From Vicugna vicugna (Eukaryota), in assembly GCA_013265495.1 (NCBI GenBank), contig MU062839.1:2238820-2302819 (forward strand): a stretch of DNA of 64,000 bases, given 5' to 3'. The position numbers were made by a program, and so were the translations under genes. This document shows, piece by piece, positions 27,945-41,039 of this stretch. The number at the start of each line of letters is the position of its first letter. Within the stretch, counting starts at the first letter, position 1. The notes beneath the pieces were generated by a model. That model made no database searches. It was not told the DNA's origin and saw only the letters and a list, made by a program, of their open reading frames with translations.

Positions 27945-28456
27945 TTACAGTCAGCATAAGAAACTGTGCAACACAGCCCTATCTCCAGGTATCACACTCC
28001 AGCTCTATTCAGACATTGCAGACACTAAAGCCTGGTGCCAGGACAGTCTATAAATGACAGTTATAAATCAGTGTGCGGACAGGAAGAACCACATGAAAAG
28101 CTCATAGGAAGATAAAAGTGGAATATGGCACATGAATTAGTTCTACAATAATTGTGGACACAGTCTGTTTACCCTTGTTTAATCAATAACTTCATGAAAC
28201 ATCTTTTTTAATGCACATGCTGAGATAACCGTGGCTATGCCTTAGTTCTTCCTGGGGGATTGACATTTCTGAAGGTACAAATGCTGCAGATAAAATGTCA
28301 CTGCAGGAACTACATAAAGTTCAGGCTGCTCGGGATAAATTCTGTAGAAAACTACAGCTAGCTGAACTATGGCAAAGATTCTTTAACAAGTCGTTTTTCA
28401 TTTCATTGCACCTTAATACGTAGAACTTCACTGCTGAAGATGCTATTTATATGCAT

Positions 28457-28462
28457 TTTATT
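28457..28462 (-). terminator. Candidate proximal ANKMY2 poly(A) signal AATAAA
   Basis: Minus strand reads tatatgtaAATAAA; about 440 nt after the stop. Confidence 0.35.
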
Positions 28463-28901
28463 TACATATAAGTTATGATTTTTTTAGCTTCCCATCTCTG
28501 TGGCTATAACATTTTTCTTTCCTGAAAATCTCTCTTACATCTGTTCTGCTCGCCTCTTTGTTCCCTAGAGCAGGTATTTCTTCTTTAAAAGGAGATTTAT
28601 TTTCCATTGAGAACAACTGCTGGGAAGCTTGCCTCAAAAAGGGGATAGAAATGTTTCCCCTATATTTTGAAAAAAAAAAACAATTTTTTTTCCCCTAGGA
28701 ATATCTGTCCAATTATAGAACAGAACTCAGTAGGAAATGAGGGCATAGTAGACAGAGCTTTGCTGGAAAGCATCTATTCTATGAAATGTGGAATCCTGTC
28801 ACAGTGCCATGCAGGTGTCGAGGCAAGGAGGACACAGTTACATGTGTTTTCCAGCTACCTGCCACGATGAGGCCTGTCCGCGCTGGCACGTGCTCTGCCT
28901 C

Positions 28902-29086
28902 TTACTCCTCAGATACCTGTGGACCGGCAGGAGCCTCCTGTAAGCCTCCCAGCCCAGCATCACTCTGAAGAGACTCTTTGCCCCCTTCCACAGAATCTCC
29001 AGGATTGCAGTCCTCCTGGTAGACTTCCTCTTCAGCCTCTGGCTGCTCCTCATTAACACAATTCGAATTGACGTCAAGTTTGCTAT
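28902..29086 (-). CDS. ANKMY2: ANKMY2 exon 10 coding part (acidic tail ...APAGPQVSEE*)
   Basis: tttttatcag|AT acceptor, TAA at 28902-28904, 185 nt; ORF 28902..29111. Confidence 0.96.
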
Positions 29087-30535
29087 CTGATAAAAAGAAA
29101 AAAAAAGTCATTTTGTTCCTACTATGTGCCAGACACTCTTCTAAGTGCTTTTGTGTATTAATTTATTTAATCCTCATCACAACCACGAGGGAGATTATTA
29201 TCTCTATTATCATTGTGATCATTATTTTACAAATGGGAAAACTGAGAAGAGAGGGGTTTGGTAACTTGCGCACCGTTCACAGCCTGTAACACAACATAAC
29301 TGGCATCTGAACTCAGGCCTCTGGCTGCCAAAGCCAGGCCTTGAAATCAGGATTGCTGATTGGCAAAATCTGTGTTTGAATGCAGCTATGCCACGAATGA
29401 GCCTGGTGTCCTCTGCTGGGTTCCTGCCCAAACAAGGCTGTCTCCTTATCTATAAACTGGGGGATAATAAAGTCTGTCCTACATTTGTGGAGAATCAAGG
29501 TGTACAACAGTGTGTGGCACATGCTGATGTATAACAACCAGGAGCTCCCATTCTGCTGACAATCCTGTCCTCTCACATGGCTTCTTCAGTACGTGACCAG
29601 CTGCTATTCACCACCCTCGACCCACAGGATAATAAATGTTTGGTCCAGAAAACAGGAGAAAGCATGGCAGCCAGAAAACCTGACTATTCTCTTAACAGTT
29701 TATTTATACAATCTTACTTTGCTATGAATTTAGTTTTGTACAAATCATTCATTTCCACTAATGGTGTTTCTCAACCAAGTGGTAAACGGGACATGGTCCC
29801 TTGAGGAGTGGTGGGGGAAGTCTTAGTGTCAGAATCATCAAAGGCAACCAACCTTTTCAGACTATCATTCCCCAGAATGTGTGATACATTCTCTGGGGTA
29901 AAGAGTAGGAGTGTGGGCTGTTCTCTTGTCCAATATGCATATCATTGCTGAAGCAACTCACTGTTTCTGATGAAAATGAGTCATATACTTCAAGAGGGAG
30001 AGGAAAAATAATATAGAACTCACTGCCCTGACACTTGTAGAAATTTAAGCCGTGCACTAGATCTGCAAGTTAATTTGTAATCTATAAACTTATGCTGTAA
30101 TTTCACCTGCAGTTTTATAATTAAGAAATTTAAAGTCTTCCAACCTTAAAATGTCTGGGTAGCCATTAGGGGAAATTTAATTATTTCCTTATTCAAAGAT
30201 CTTAAAATCCTTTGTGAACAAAATATAAGTAACTACTCATTAAGAGTTGCATCGTTCCAGGGCAGTCTCATGAGGCAGAAAGCAGAATGTGGAATAAACT
30301 ACAAGCCTCAGAATTTTATGACTTTTGTTTTCCAGTGATATCTAGGCTGATTATACAATATCCCAGGGACTCAAAATAGGTATACATTTGAGTTTAAGTG
30401 TGATCCTTATGTTGGTTTACCCCAAGCCTCCTTGGTTCCCAGAGAAGACTCATTTCCTGTGTCCCCTGTGTTAATATCATCTATCCTTCCTCTCCCCACC
30501 GACCACCTGTATGAGCTCGGTTTTTATACACTTAC

Positions 30536-30665
30536 TGTTTTCCTTTTCACTCTTTTCTTTGGCAGCCTCCAACTGTTGCTTCTCATAAGTGTCCTTGAGA
30601 TTCTTGCAGATTTTCTTATGTGCAAACCAGTGTGTTTTCTGGCAGGTCTGATCACAATATATTAC
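30536..30665 (-). CDS. ANKMY2: ANKMY2 exon 9 (VIYCDQTCQKTHWFAHKKICKNLKDTYEKQQLEAAKEKSEKEN), second half of MYND finger
   Basis: ctttcag|GTA acceptor, AACA|gtaagt donor, 130 nt; YCxxxCQxxHWxxHKxxC motif. Confidence 0.97.
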
Positions 30666-31231
30666 CTGAAAGCAATTGTAGGTTTCTTTTCAAGATACGT
30701 AATTGCATTAATTTTCTAATTATGACATGAAACCAAGTACAGTGCTGTAAAAATGTTAAGTTTTCTATACTTTATTTTAAAACCTTGATGTATAGATATG
30801 TGTTGATTTACAGTTGTAAGTTTTAGCTTATACTTTCTAACAATAATGAATATATAACACAGGGTCTACCAAAGACACTAACTTGTGATTTGAGACTTCT
30901 ATGTGCCAGAATTGATACAGTACAAGGACAAAGAGGATACAACTGCTGTCCCAGAGGAAGCCAAGGATGAGAAAGAGCAGGATGGAGGAGGCAGATCCCT
31001 GACAATGTGATTTATATCCCAGTTCAGGATGTTACAGCAATGGGAGCACAGAGGAAGCAGTGACTCACTCTAAATGGAGGGACTCAGTGGACAGAGAAAT
31101 GGAAAAGAGACATTCCAAGTGGACAGAATACCGTGTACCAAAATGCAGCAACAGGGAAGACGTGTTCAAGGACAGCAGTAAGTTTGTGTAAGTGGAGCTT
31201 AGATTTTTGCAGGATTATATGCCAAGCACTA

Positions 31232-31624
31232 CATAGATGGTGTTATAGATTGTATTAGTGGCCCCAGTTCTTCACTCTTCCCTGCATCTATACCATACAC
31301 TTTCCCATATGATTTCAAAGTTCTTTTCCCTGAAGGGGAAGAAAATTGACTTTAAATATGGCCACGCAACTTGTTTTGGCCAGAGGAATGAGACCGCACG
31401 GCAATTTCAAGGCAAGAGACCTCATATGTTTCTACTTGCCTACTTCTATCTCTGCCGTCACCAAGAGAACATGCTTAGCCTGGCCTGCTGTTCCAAGGAG
31501 GATGAGAAACACATGGAACAGATGTGCCTAGCCAACCACAAACATGGGAGAAAGAAAAAATGGTGGTTGTTTTAAGTACTGAATTTTGGAGTGTTTTTAT
31601 TTAAAGCAATAATTAACCAGCATA
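31232..31624 (+). mobile_element. Old MLT1 MaLR LTR
   Basis: 'atggccacgcaacttgttttggccagaggaatg...ggttgttttaagtactgaattttggagtg'. Confidence 0.7.
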
Positions 31625-32387
31625 GATGGTCTCATTTAACTCTCACAACTCCAGCCCCATTTCACACGTAAGGAAACTGAGGCTCAGAGAAGTAATTAAA
31701 GGAAATGAAACCAGACAAGTAGGTTACATCAGAATATGATGGGTTACAGAAGAATATGCTGAAGAATTTCAACCTTAAAAACAACAGAAAATTAACATCA
31801 TCTATAAAGTGAATGTACAGATACTTGCATTTGAGTAATATTTGTGAGAATATATGTGAGAAGAATCCATTCAGATATGCCCTTTATAAAGATAATTCTG
31901 GCAGAAATGGATAGGACTCCAAAAAGCTTAAAGATTGGTGACAGTCAGAAAGGAGTGTAGTTTTACAAGGAAGAGTTGATAAAGAGATTGTAATTAAAGT
32001 CAACATCAGAAGATTTAAGATTGCTTATCTATGAACTGTTCTACTGTAGGTTTTCTTGTCTGCACCACCCTCAGTCCCCTATGAATAATCTTTCTCTTAT
32101 TTTCTCATAATGAATCATTCATTCGTTTCTTCCTTTCTTTGGGGTGGTCAGCAGAGAAGCTGGGCAGCCTGGGAGTTTGATAGAGAAGACACAGAACTAG
32201 ATTTATCCTGTAGTTTTCTTCCAAAATCACTTCTAAGTATTAGGTGCAATACCTTTTTTATCTAACATATTAGAATTTATTAGAAAACTAATGTCAACCA
32301 TATATTTACAGAATATTAAAACTCAATCACCAGTGTGGGTGAAATCTAAACCGGATGTCAGTGAGCTTAAAAGAACTTCATTCTTAC

Positions 32388-32516
32388 CATTTTGCACACT
32401 GAGCATCTTTTGCTTGCTCCCTTTTCTCCGCAGGTAGTGCAAAATTCAACATCCACGAAACCCACCTGACCAGTGATGGCTTGGGTAAGTACAGAGAATG
32501 CAGTGGGATCAGAACC
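32388..32516 (-). CDS. ANKMY2: ANKMY2 exon 8 (GSDPTAFSVLTQAITGQVGFVDVEFCTTCGEKGASKRCSVCKM), first half of MYND finger
   Basis: ctccag|GGT acceptor, ATG|gtaaga donor, 129 nt; CxxC...CxxC. Confidence 0.97.
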
Positions 32517-32825
32517 CTGGAGTGGGGAAAAAGAGCAGGAAAAATTACCTCTGCAATCACCATGGGAAGACCAGAGACAACATTTTGTGAACAGGAGACA
32601 AAATTATTAAGGTTAGAGGTTGCACAGACTTCATGGCAAAATAACAAATATCTTTTTCTACACAAAGTACACTTGAGGTAAATCATGGATCCAAATACTC
32701 AAAGAGAAAAAAACTGGCCCTGTTCTAGAATAAAAGTATTATTCAATAAGCACACAAAGATTTTAGAACTAGGACAAGGAACTCAGAGTAGAATTTTCTT
32801 CTGAGAATTAACATCAAGACAATAT

Positions 32826-32977
32826 GGGGGAAGAATATAGCTCAAGTGCTAGATCACATGCTTAGCATACACAAGGTCCGGGTTCAATCCCAGGTATCTC
32901 CCCTATAAACAAACAAACAAACAAACAAACAAACCTAATTACCTCCCCCTTAAATAAATTAATTAAAAAAATTTTTA
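32826..32977 (+). mobile_element. tRNA-Ala-derived SINE (vic-1 type) with (AAAC)n tail and TSD
   Basis: ggggaagaatatagctcaagtg...gggttcaatccc; flanked by aagacaatat (32816-32825) and aagacatat (32978-32986). Confidence 0.88.
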
Positions 32978-35325
32978 AAGACATATACATATTCTGAGGG
33001 TCAATTTATAGGATATATCGTAAATGTTTAACTGTCTTGATTCTTAAAAGTTTAAAGCAATTTAAGTGTTTTTAAAAACTTTGTATATTTAAAGTTATTT
33101 ACTTGCTATAAGTCTGCAATTCTACTAGTTAAAAGTTATCACCTTTATCATTGAAATGTTCCAGATTCTTTAATTAAAGAGACGCACATGTGATTACATT
33201 AGGATATTAAGAAAAACCGTAAGTGTGAAGATTATTATTATGGTTCCTGAAAATCAGAATGTCTTGCTAAAGAGGATTTATAAACAATTTTTATGCAGAA
33301 AATAATAAGGGCAAATATTTATCTGCCTGAATGAGACCTATTTAGAGTAAGCAGAAATAATTACAGGGTATCTAGCTATCTTACCTATTTCTAACTTTCT
33401 TATTTTTGAGTTTTTCAAGTTCGCTTACTTATTCCCAACAAAAATTTTTATAATTTTCGTAATTTAAATTTTCATGTGTATCTTATCTTTATTAATAAAC
33501 CCTTTATTGATGACTCAGTCACTAGGATAAAACAATCATTATACACCATACACTCTAACTACATTATTCCACGAGGCAGGGTTGAGATGGATTGTTGAGC
33601 CCTACACTGACCTGCTTTGACTTTTTAAAAGAATACGCTGGGCTGCTATTTTTAGTTTTTCTGTTTTCTCCCTTGAAGGTGCAATGTCAGCGACACTTGT
33701 CAGTGCTGGAAATGCCCCACAGCAGCCACTACTGACGGCTTCTCGGATGGACATTCCCCCAACTTTCTTACTAACAGAAACATACTTTTGTTCAGAGCAG
33801 CAGAGTTGAGACCAGCAAAAAAAAATAACTCATTTCCCCCAGAATACTCATTTCTCCAAAATACTCATTTTTCCCGGTGCTGCTAAGGGTGGTCCTGTGG
33901 TACCAGTACTGCGTTCCAGGGAGGGCTTGTGCTTTCTAGCTACAGACTGATTTCCTTTTCTTGTCTGCCTGGGATAGGAAGGTGAGCTTGGAGAAGGAGG
34001 ATAAGATGCCTTGCAATTGTAATGTCATAAACATGTATATGATTATACGGCTAAAGAATATTGGGTAGAAAAACAGTAGTGTTTGGGTCCAAAATCCATT
34101 TTTGAACCAATGTGCAAGATCTGGTCTGCCTACTTTTGGGCTTCTGAGTATATGTGAATAAATAAATCCTTATCTATTTAATTCATAGTTGGCTGAAGTT
34201 CGATATGAACAGCTGAAACACATTCATAATTGATAAACCACCTTCAAACTGGCTAACTTTCATCTCCCAAAAGCTTAAATACCAAATAGCCAAGCATATT
34301 AAAGAGCAAGTGTAAAGAATCTCTATGTGAAATCACGGAGGGCTCTCATGAATAAATCATAGCACGAACTTCATGAGTTCATTTTGTCTGCTCAGGTCTT
34401 TCTTCTTTCAAGGTTCTGAATAGGTGAAGTCCTAATGTATAAAGGAGCACCTGGAACCCATTTCTAGTCCTGATTTTTCAGACCGAGAATGATATAATAG
34501 CCTAGAGAAGGAAGAGGAGGAACGAGATTGCCAGTGGGAGGGCGGAAGCCATGGATGGGAATAGTTTCAGGATCCATTTCTTGCCTAATAGACAAAGGCT
34601 GATAGATAATTTGACTGAAATGTATAAAAAGCATGACAGGTAGAGAGAAGGTGAACAGAATGGCATTCAAAATCGGGAAGGCAGGGAGTGTCTTATGAAA
34701 TACTACTTAGATAAATACATGACAAAAGGGCAGTAAGTAATTTAAAGAACAGATAATAAAGTTAAAATTTACTTCCCATAACTGGCAAATATAAACAGAT
34801 TTTTTTTTATGTACGGGAAATTTATAAAATCAGAGGCATTAAGGTAGAATATAAGAAGCTGGGATGTATTTTGAGACTGTTTAGCAGGATACACAATGCA
34901 CCTTTCCAGGACTCATCCTTTCCATCTCCACTGACTGGGAACCATCAACCTAGACATTCAATTCCTGCTTTCATGTAGTGCAGGACTTTGTACTGGTTTT
35001 TCACAACCTACACGTGAATAAGGGTGTGTCCACACAGTGGATGCGTACCCACCTTTACAGATTTCATAGAGGTAATTAAAAGCGTCAGTACCCACTATAA
35101 CTAGCTATATCCCAACATAAGGAAATACTATTCATTCAACCCATGAGCTATATAATGTAAATGGATAAACAGACACAAGGTTAACAGGAAAACCTATCTC
35201 CATGTTTGCTCCTGAAAATTTTCTAAAATAGTATTTCTTTATTAAATAAATCATGCTAAAGAGAATGCAACTTTATGGTAATTAGGTCTCACAGATAGAA
35301 TTAACTTAGTTATGAAGAACCTTAC

Positions 35326-35461
35326 AATTTCAACAGGAGCAATGCTTCGTACCAGCTGCTGGAGGAGAGTAGCTTCACAGTAAGGAAATTTTCTGATACT
35401 TTCTCTAATGACCTTTTCTTGATATACTGGAAAGCCATCAGAAGCTCGGCCTCTTAACAAG
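35326..35461 (-). CDS. ANKMY2: ANKMY2 exon 7 (SLLRGRASDGFPVYQEKVIRESIRKFPYCEATLLQQLVRSIAPVEI)
   Basis: ctttcag|C acceptor, ATT|gtaagg donor, 136 nt; ORF 35251..35532. Confidence 0.97.
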
Positions 35462-36224
35462 CTGAAAGACATTTTTTTAAACGTAACTTGAGTTGAATTA
35501 TTAAGCTTGTGCTCCCAGCTGCACCTATGCAATTTTAGTAATTTCTTCTTTGCTACTTAAGATTTTCATTGTGTCTTGATGCATCGTGATGACATACTCA
35601 GTTCAAACTGCTGTTCCATTTGCACGTTAGTCTAGACCTTATCAGATGTAGGGGCCCAAAGATGTATTTATAAAAGTGACCCCTGACACAAAACACACTA
35701 AACACTGTTATCAGACTAGCTGGTTACTCATTACCATGTCAGTTACTTGTACAAAGAAAGAAAACCCTCATTGAATCACACCCTTCTGACTTACTTCTCT
35801 TTTCTCAGTAGAACTATAGGATAATTTGACCCCAGATGGTTAGAGAAGACGGGTAACACACAGCTCCCCCAGGTACAGGAACAGAGACACACTGAGTGCC
35901 GTTTTGAATTCAGAGCATAGCCAACCTATCCTTAGATTTAGATCTGGGCTACTTTCTAGCTTTATGATCTTACATATGCTACTTAACCTCTCCAAACCTC
36001 AGATTCCTTACCTGTAACTGGGGATAACGAAAGCACTGTTGTAAAGAGTACGGAACAGAACAATCAACCGAAGTATAAGAGTGCCCTTTGTTACTTGCAC
36101 AGAATGTGATCTCAAAAATAACAACGGCTGCTAAAATCCTTAATTTTTATGTCCACGGTGAGATTTCATAATAAAGTATTATCCAGTTGAGAGTATTTTA
36201 TATATGAAATGATAAAGACAGTAC

Positions 36225-36439
36225 CTTTTGATTAGACTGTCCAGTTTATTCTCTCCATCTTTTAAGAAGTTAATGCATTTCTGAAAGATACAGCTGATGT
36301 AATGCATTTTCATAGCCAGTACTTCATTCATGTCTCTTTGCTTCATACATTTCTCACAAATCAGATCCATCACCTTGTAGCATTTATTCAGAGCTGCTTC
36401 TTCTGCCAGCAGAGGATTTTCATTTATAAGCATCACAAT
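36225..36439 (-). CDS. ANKMY2: ANKMY2 exon 6 (IVMLINENPLLAEEAALNKCYKVMDLICEKCMKQRDMNEVLAMKMHYISCIFQKCINFLKDGENKLDSLIK-S)
   Basis: tttctag|ATT acceptor, AAAAG|gtactg donor, 215 nt; ORF 36179..36436. Confidence 0.97.
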
Positions 36440-36614
36440 CTAGAAAAAATTCCAGTGAGTTTAGAAACTCCATGAAAGATTTGCCATGTTCAACTTAGGT
36501 GGTCAGTTTTGATTACCAAATAAAGTCCTTCTTACGGTCATATATTTACCATGTTAATTCAAATTAGAATGCAAGTTGCCGCTGATCAAGTTGTAAAACT
36601 AGTACAGAAGGACT

Positions 36615-36815
36615 CTGTCTCTGTTAAAAGCACTTTTACTAAAGATAAGTGTGGCATATTAAGACTCTGACATCATGGAATCTCTTAAACTCTGTATGTC
36701 ACAGTCATCACATGGTTTGCCATCCAGTTAAATCAGGCTGTTAGTTGGCCACTCGGAATCATGGTTTTACTGTCTCTGTTAAAAGCACTTTTACTAAAGA
36801 TAAGTGTGGCATATT
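36615..36815. repeat. Perfect 46-bp direct repeat (36615-36660 and 36770-36815) with a 109-bp spacer
   Basis: ctgtctctgttaaaagcacttttactaaagataagtgtggcatatt occurs twice. Confidence 0.95.
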
Positions 36816-39599
36816 GACACACCCTTTATATACAGAATCAAATCACCGAGTGGTCACTACTCTTAGTCAACATTACTGAGCTTTAGGATTTCATGGCTAG
36901 GAAAAACAATTCTCATTCATTCTTCTTAATTATAAGGAAATGAGATTTTTTGCAGACAGAAGTCTAAAAATAAAAGGTGTGTTACTTTCTCATTAACTAC
37001 ATTTCTCTGTGGAAATTTTCTAAGATGCTTCTAATCATGTATAGTAATGTAAGTAGGTCAAAAGGAAAGCAAAATAGCTTTAAAAAAAAGGATCATTAGA
37101 GAGTTATCCAAACTGATGCATTATGAGTCCCACACTTCCTATATATGCACAGATTAAACTCAAATTTGGTGTAATAAGTATTTTTTTAATTGGCTGTGGT
37201 AGTCTTGCATAGGATAGCTATAAAAATCCACAGTGGTATAACAGTAATATAAACATGTGTATAACAGGGGCACAATTATATTCTCAGAGCAGAAAGTCAT
37301 TCAGTATTTGTTAATCTACATGTTACAGCTAAACAGCTGTCCCAGGCAATGTAAACAGCAGGAAACAACAGGTAGCAGATTTCATGAATTTCTTCAAACA
37401 TGTTAACTTAAGTAAAACCCATGCCTAGCCTCCTACCTGGAAACTGAAGATAGATTAAATATTTTTCTGAAACTAAAAACAGATTTTTACTTATTTTTGA
37501 CACTACTAAACTGATACATAATCTACAATTTTACTTAAAATACAGCACTCAATAGTAAATTATTAGACTTTATGAAATAAGTACAATCAGAATCCTTATT
37601 GGTAAATTTGCTGAAAACATCCCCTACCATAATATTAACTTGTGGCAGAGAGAAAAAAAAGACTCATTAATCACCTGTTTATAGTTTGCTGTCAGTTGCA
37701 ATAATGTGAAGCTGTTTGCTCAATATTTTGTATATGGTATTTATAATCAAAGCATAGGATCTAAACTTACACATGAGAATTCTTTTTAAAAAATCCCCAA
37801 TAAAACCCAGATTCATGCAGTAGACTTTATTTATTTCATAATATACAGCAGTACATGCAGAGAAAAATGGCATATAATCACAGCTCACTGAAGCATTTAC
37901 ACAGCTGCACACAGAAGACTAATATTTGAACTAGTTTCCTTCCTTTAATCTCTGAAGCATTATGAAGTAATGTATTTATTATAAAGGGAATCATTCTTAA
38001 TTACTGAGGAGGAAATATTCATGTGGGCATAAAAGTCAGATATGTCTCATCTCCCAAAGAACAGCTACTTTAGAATACGTTTATTCAGTGGCATTTTAAA
38101 TGCTTTTTATTTTTTAAATCCCATTTTAAAAAATTACTAATTCAGCAATTCTGGGCTTAAAAACCATGTTAATAATCAAAAGATAGGATCACTTGCGCAC
38201 ATCTGCCTCCTGACCACTTAGAGACCCTGTTCAACTCTATTGTCATTTTTCCTGTGACTGTTTTTCTCCATGATAACATCTATAGTCTGGGCATCGGCAC
38301 AATTCCCCAAGTCCCTGCTGAAAACAAACATCCTTTTGCTATAGCAGCCACTCAACCTCCACGCAAATGTATCCGTGTTAGGTAGACTGCAGTGAAAAGG
38401 TGCACCGTTGGACTGAATGTTGTTCTGTGCTTGTTTTGAAAGGTCTTTGACTTGACAGACTGGTTGCTTTTTTTTTTTTTTAATAATAACACACCCTATG
38501 AAGACCCATGCCAGCTTGAAAAGCGGTAAAGTAATGAAAATGGGCCACCACAAAAGCAAGTGGGCGGCTTTTATCGAAGTGTGGATAAAAGAAAGGTTTT
38601 TAAGTGAATAGACCATTTCTTCCTACAAAAAGCAAGGTCTGGATCTGAAGGAAAGTACTATAGTCATAGAATAATTTCTCTTATAAGACCAAGTGCTCTA
38701 AAAATATAATGCAGGCTATTTTATTTTATATACCTCTACAATTTATTGTCTATATAAATATGCCCTTAATCTAATTTACTCAAAATATGTGCCTTTAAAG
38801 ATAACTGGAGGTACAATGATTCTTAGGAAATTTAACCCTGAGAGACTTGGTTCTGTGTAAAATTCCAAAATTACTCCACAGACTCTATTATCACAATATG
38901 TGAGATTTTTGCAATCACAAAGGGCAGAAACAGATATAAGACAGTGAATCAGAAAAATACAGGAGAGTTCTTCAAATCAGTCAAGACTAGAATATCCTAT
39001 AACGCTCAGGCTAGAGGAGGAATGACAAGGGCCTCGTAAAACCACACATGTTCTCCACACTGAGAAATACTGCATCCCTAGGAACAGTCCTGTCTTCTCA
39101 CCCCAGCTTGCCCCACTGCTAACAGAAAGAGTGTCATGGAGAGGGAGTCACCATTACAGGAGTTCTCCCTTTCCCTTCAGTGCTGGGAGGGAAAGAAACA
39201 CCAACACAGAAGAGGCTAAACATTTTTTACAGGTTACATTCTAAGTCCCGTGTAATCTCCACACGAGACACAAACATCTGATTCATGGCTGAATTTCTTC
39301 TTTGCCCAGTTAGGATCACAAGCGTTACCTCTAGAGGTTCTTTCTGAGTGTTGAGTAAAATATATGAGTTTTTGAAAAATAAAAACAGAATAGATTCCAC
39401 TTGTCTGTCATATGGGAAAGGATCCACTAGTTTGTCATCTCTCTTGATGGTCCAGAAAATTAATTTGGGTGAAGGGCCACATGAAAGGTACTTTGTTGTT
39501 GTTGATTTGTTTGTTTCTTGAGCTTTGAAGACTGTATGCAAAGGGATGCATCGATAAAGTAATAGGATCATGTACAATTTAGAACTTATATCAATTTAT

Positions 39600-39785
39600 T
39601 TTTCAAGATTTTTTTTAATTTAAGTATAGTCAGTTTACAATATTATGTTAATTTCTGCATACAGCATAGTGATTCAGTTATATATATATTCCTTTTCATA
39701 TTCTTTTTCATTATAGGTTATTACAAGGCATTGAACATAGTTCCCTGTGGTATATACAGTAGGACCTTGCTGTTCATCTATTTCT
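39600..39785 (-). mobile_element. Artiodactyl-type L1 3' end
   Basis: 'agtatagtcagtttacaat...attataggttattacaagg..ttgaacatagttccctgtg'. Confidence 0.8.
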
Positions 39786-40878
39786 TTAAATGAGTGTTAA
39801 TTTTCAAGAGTTACCTCATGAGAACCATCCACTTACTTTAATAATGTTCAGTATATTCCAAAGATTCTTCTTTTGTAATAGACTTCTAAGGAAATCTATT
39901 TCACTACCTTAGAAGTCTAAGGGAAAAGCCTCAATTGTTGACCCATCATACTGTCTTGCTCACCAAATAACTCTGAATTACTATTAAATCTATGCAATAT
40001 GAATGAAGACATAGAGCAGACACTGAAGCTTGATAAAGGGCAGCATCACTGTAGCACACATGGAGTTTTCTGGGATGATTCGTTGAAAAAATTATATTCA
40101 TTTGGATTGATTTCTTTTAAAAATCATTTTGTAAATAAACAAAAAAATTATATATAAAATATGAAGGAAATAGCAGTGGAAATAGTTCAGAATAGCCCTT
40201 GAAGTTTTTTTTCCAGCTTAGTCATTTGAACTTCTGGGTTGGTCTGTGAAGTTTGAAAATCTGTGTGATTTGACTGTTTATTGGAAGAACTGTATTACTT
40301 AAAGGCATCAAATACCCACTTTGCATTAAAAAGTGTGTTCATGACACATTGGAGAACACTTCCAGAGAAGAGAGGTACTGCAGTAGCTGCCGCTCATGCC
40401 CACCTGGGTCCCGCTAACCTAGCCCGTGCACTAGGGCCTCGCTGCGGGGACGGCTGGCTGCTGTGGGCATAGAGCTGCCTACTTCTGCAGGGAACTGCCT
40501 TCCGCCAGAGGGAGCCCACCTCCCTTTCCCTCTGGGGACAGACCTCAGCCAAGGACTGACTGATGTGAAAGCCTGGCTCCCTTGCCTGTTGGAGCTATTG
40601 ACAGTCCAGAGCGCCCCAAGACATGAGGTGGAAGCTCGGCTTCGGCTGAACCTGCCTCTCTGCTGAGCTCCTCCTTCCGCCCTAGTCTGTGTTCCTCGCT
40701 CTCCCCCGGGCTTCCAGGGAGAGCACTCCTTCACTGTAGCAAGTGAACAGGAGAGGCCTGCACAAGCTGTACGTCTATAAAACCCAACCCAAGACAGTTA
40801 TGATCCTACACTCTAAGAGCAGTTTACACTGTGACGCAGGAATTAAAATAAAAGCAAATAGGATTGACACTACAGTAC

Positions 40879-41039
40879 CTTGACAGGATGAAGATTTGTT
40901 GTGGTGATAATTTTGTGCAGTGGGCCTGCCAACTTTGGGGGCAGTTTTGGCTCTTTATCCAGTCCCTGGGGTTTAGTGTAATAATCCAGTCTCTCTCGGG
41001 GAAAGAAATTGTTGATTATAGTCACACAATCATGTTGAC
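40879..41039 (-). CDS. ANKMY2: ANKMY2 exon 5 (GQHDCVTIINNFFPRERLDYYTKPQGLDKEPKLPPKLAGPLHKIITTTNLHPVK)
   Basis: gttacaag|GT acceptor, AAG|gtactg donor, 161 nt. Confidence 0.96.

Noticed and set aside
29406-29420. Second CTCF-like motif (minus strand CCAGCAGAGGACAC)
   Set aside because: Mismatch at a core G; too weak without ChIP data.
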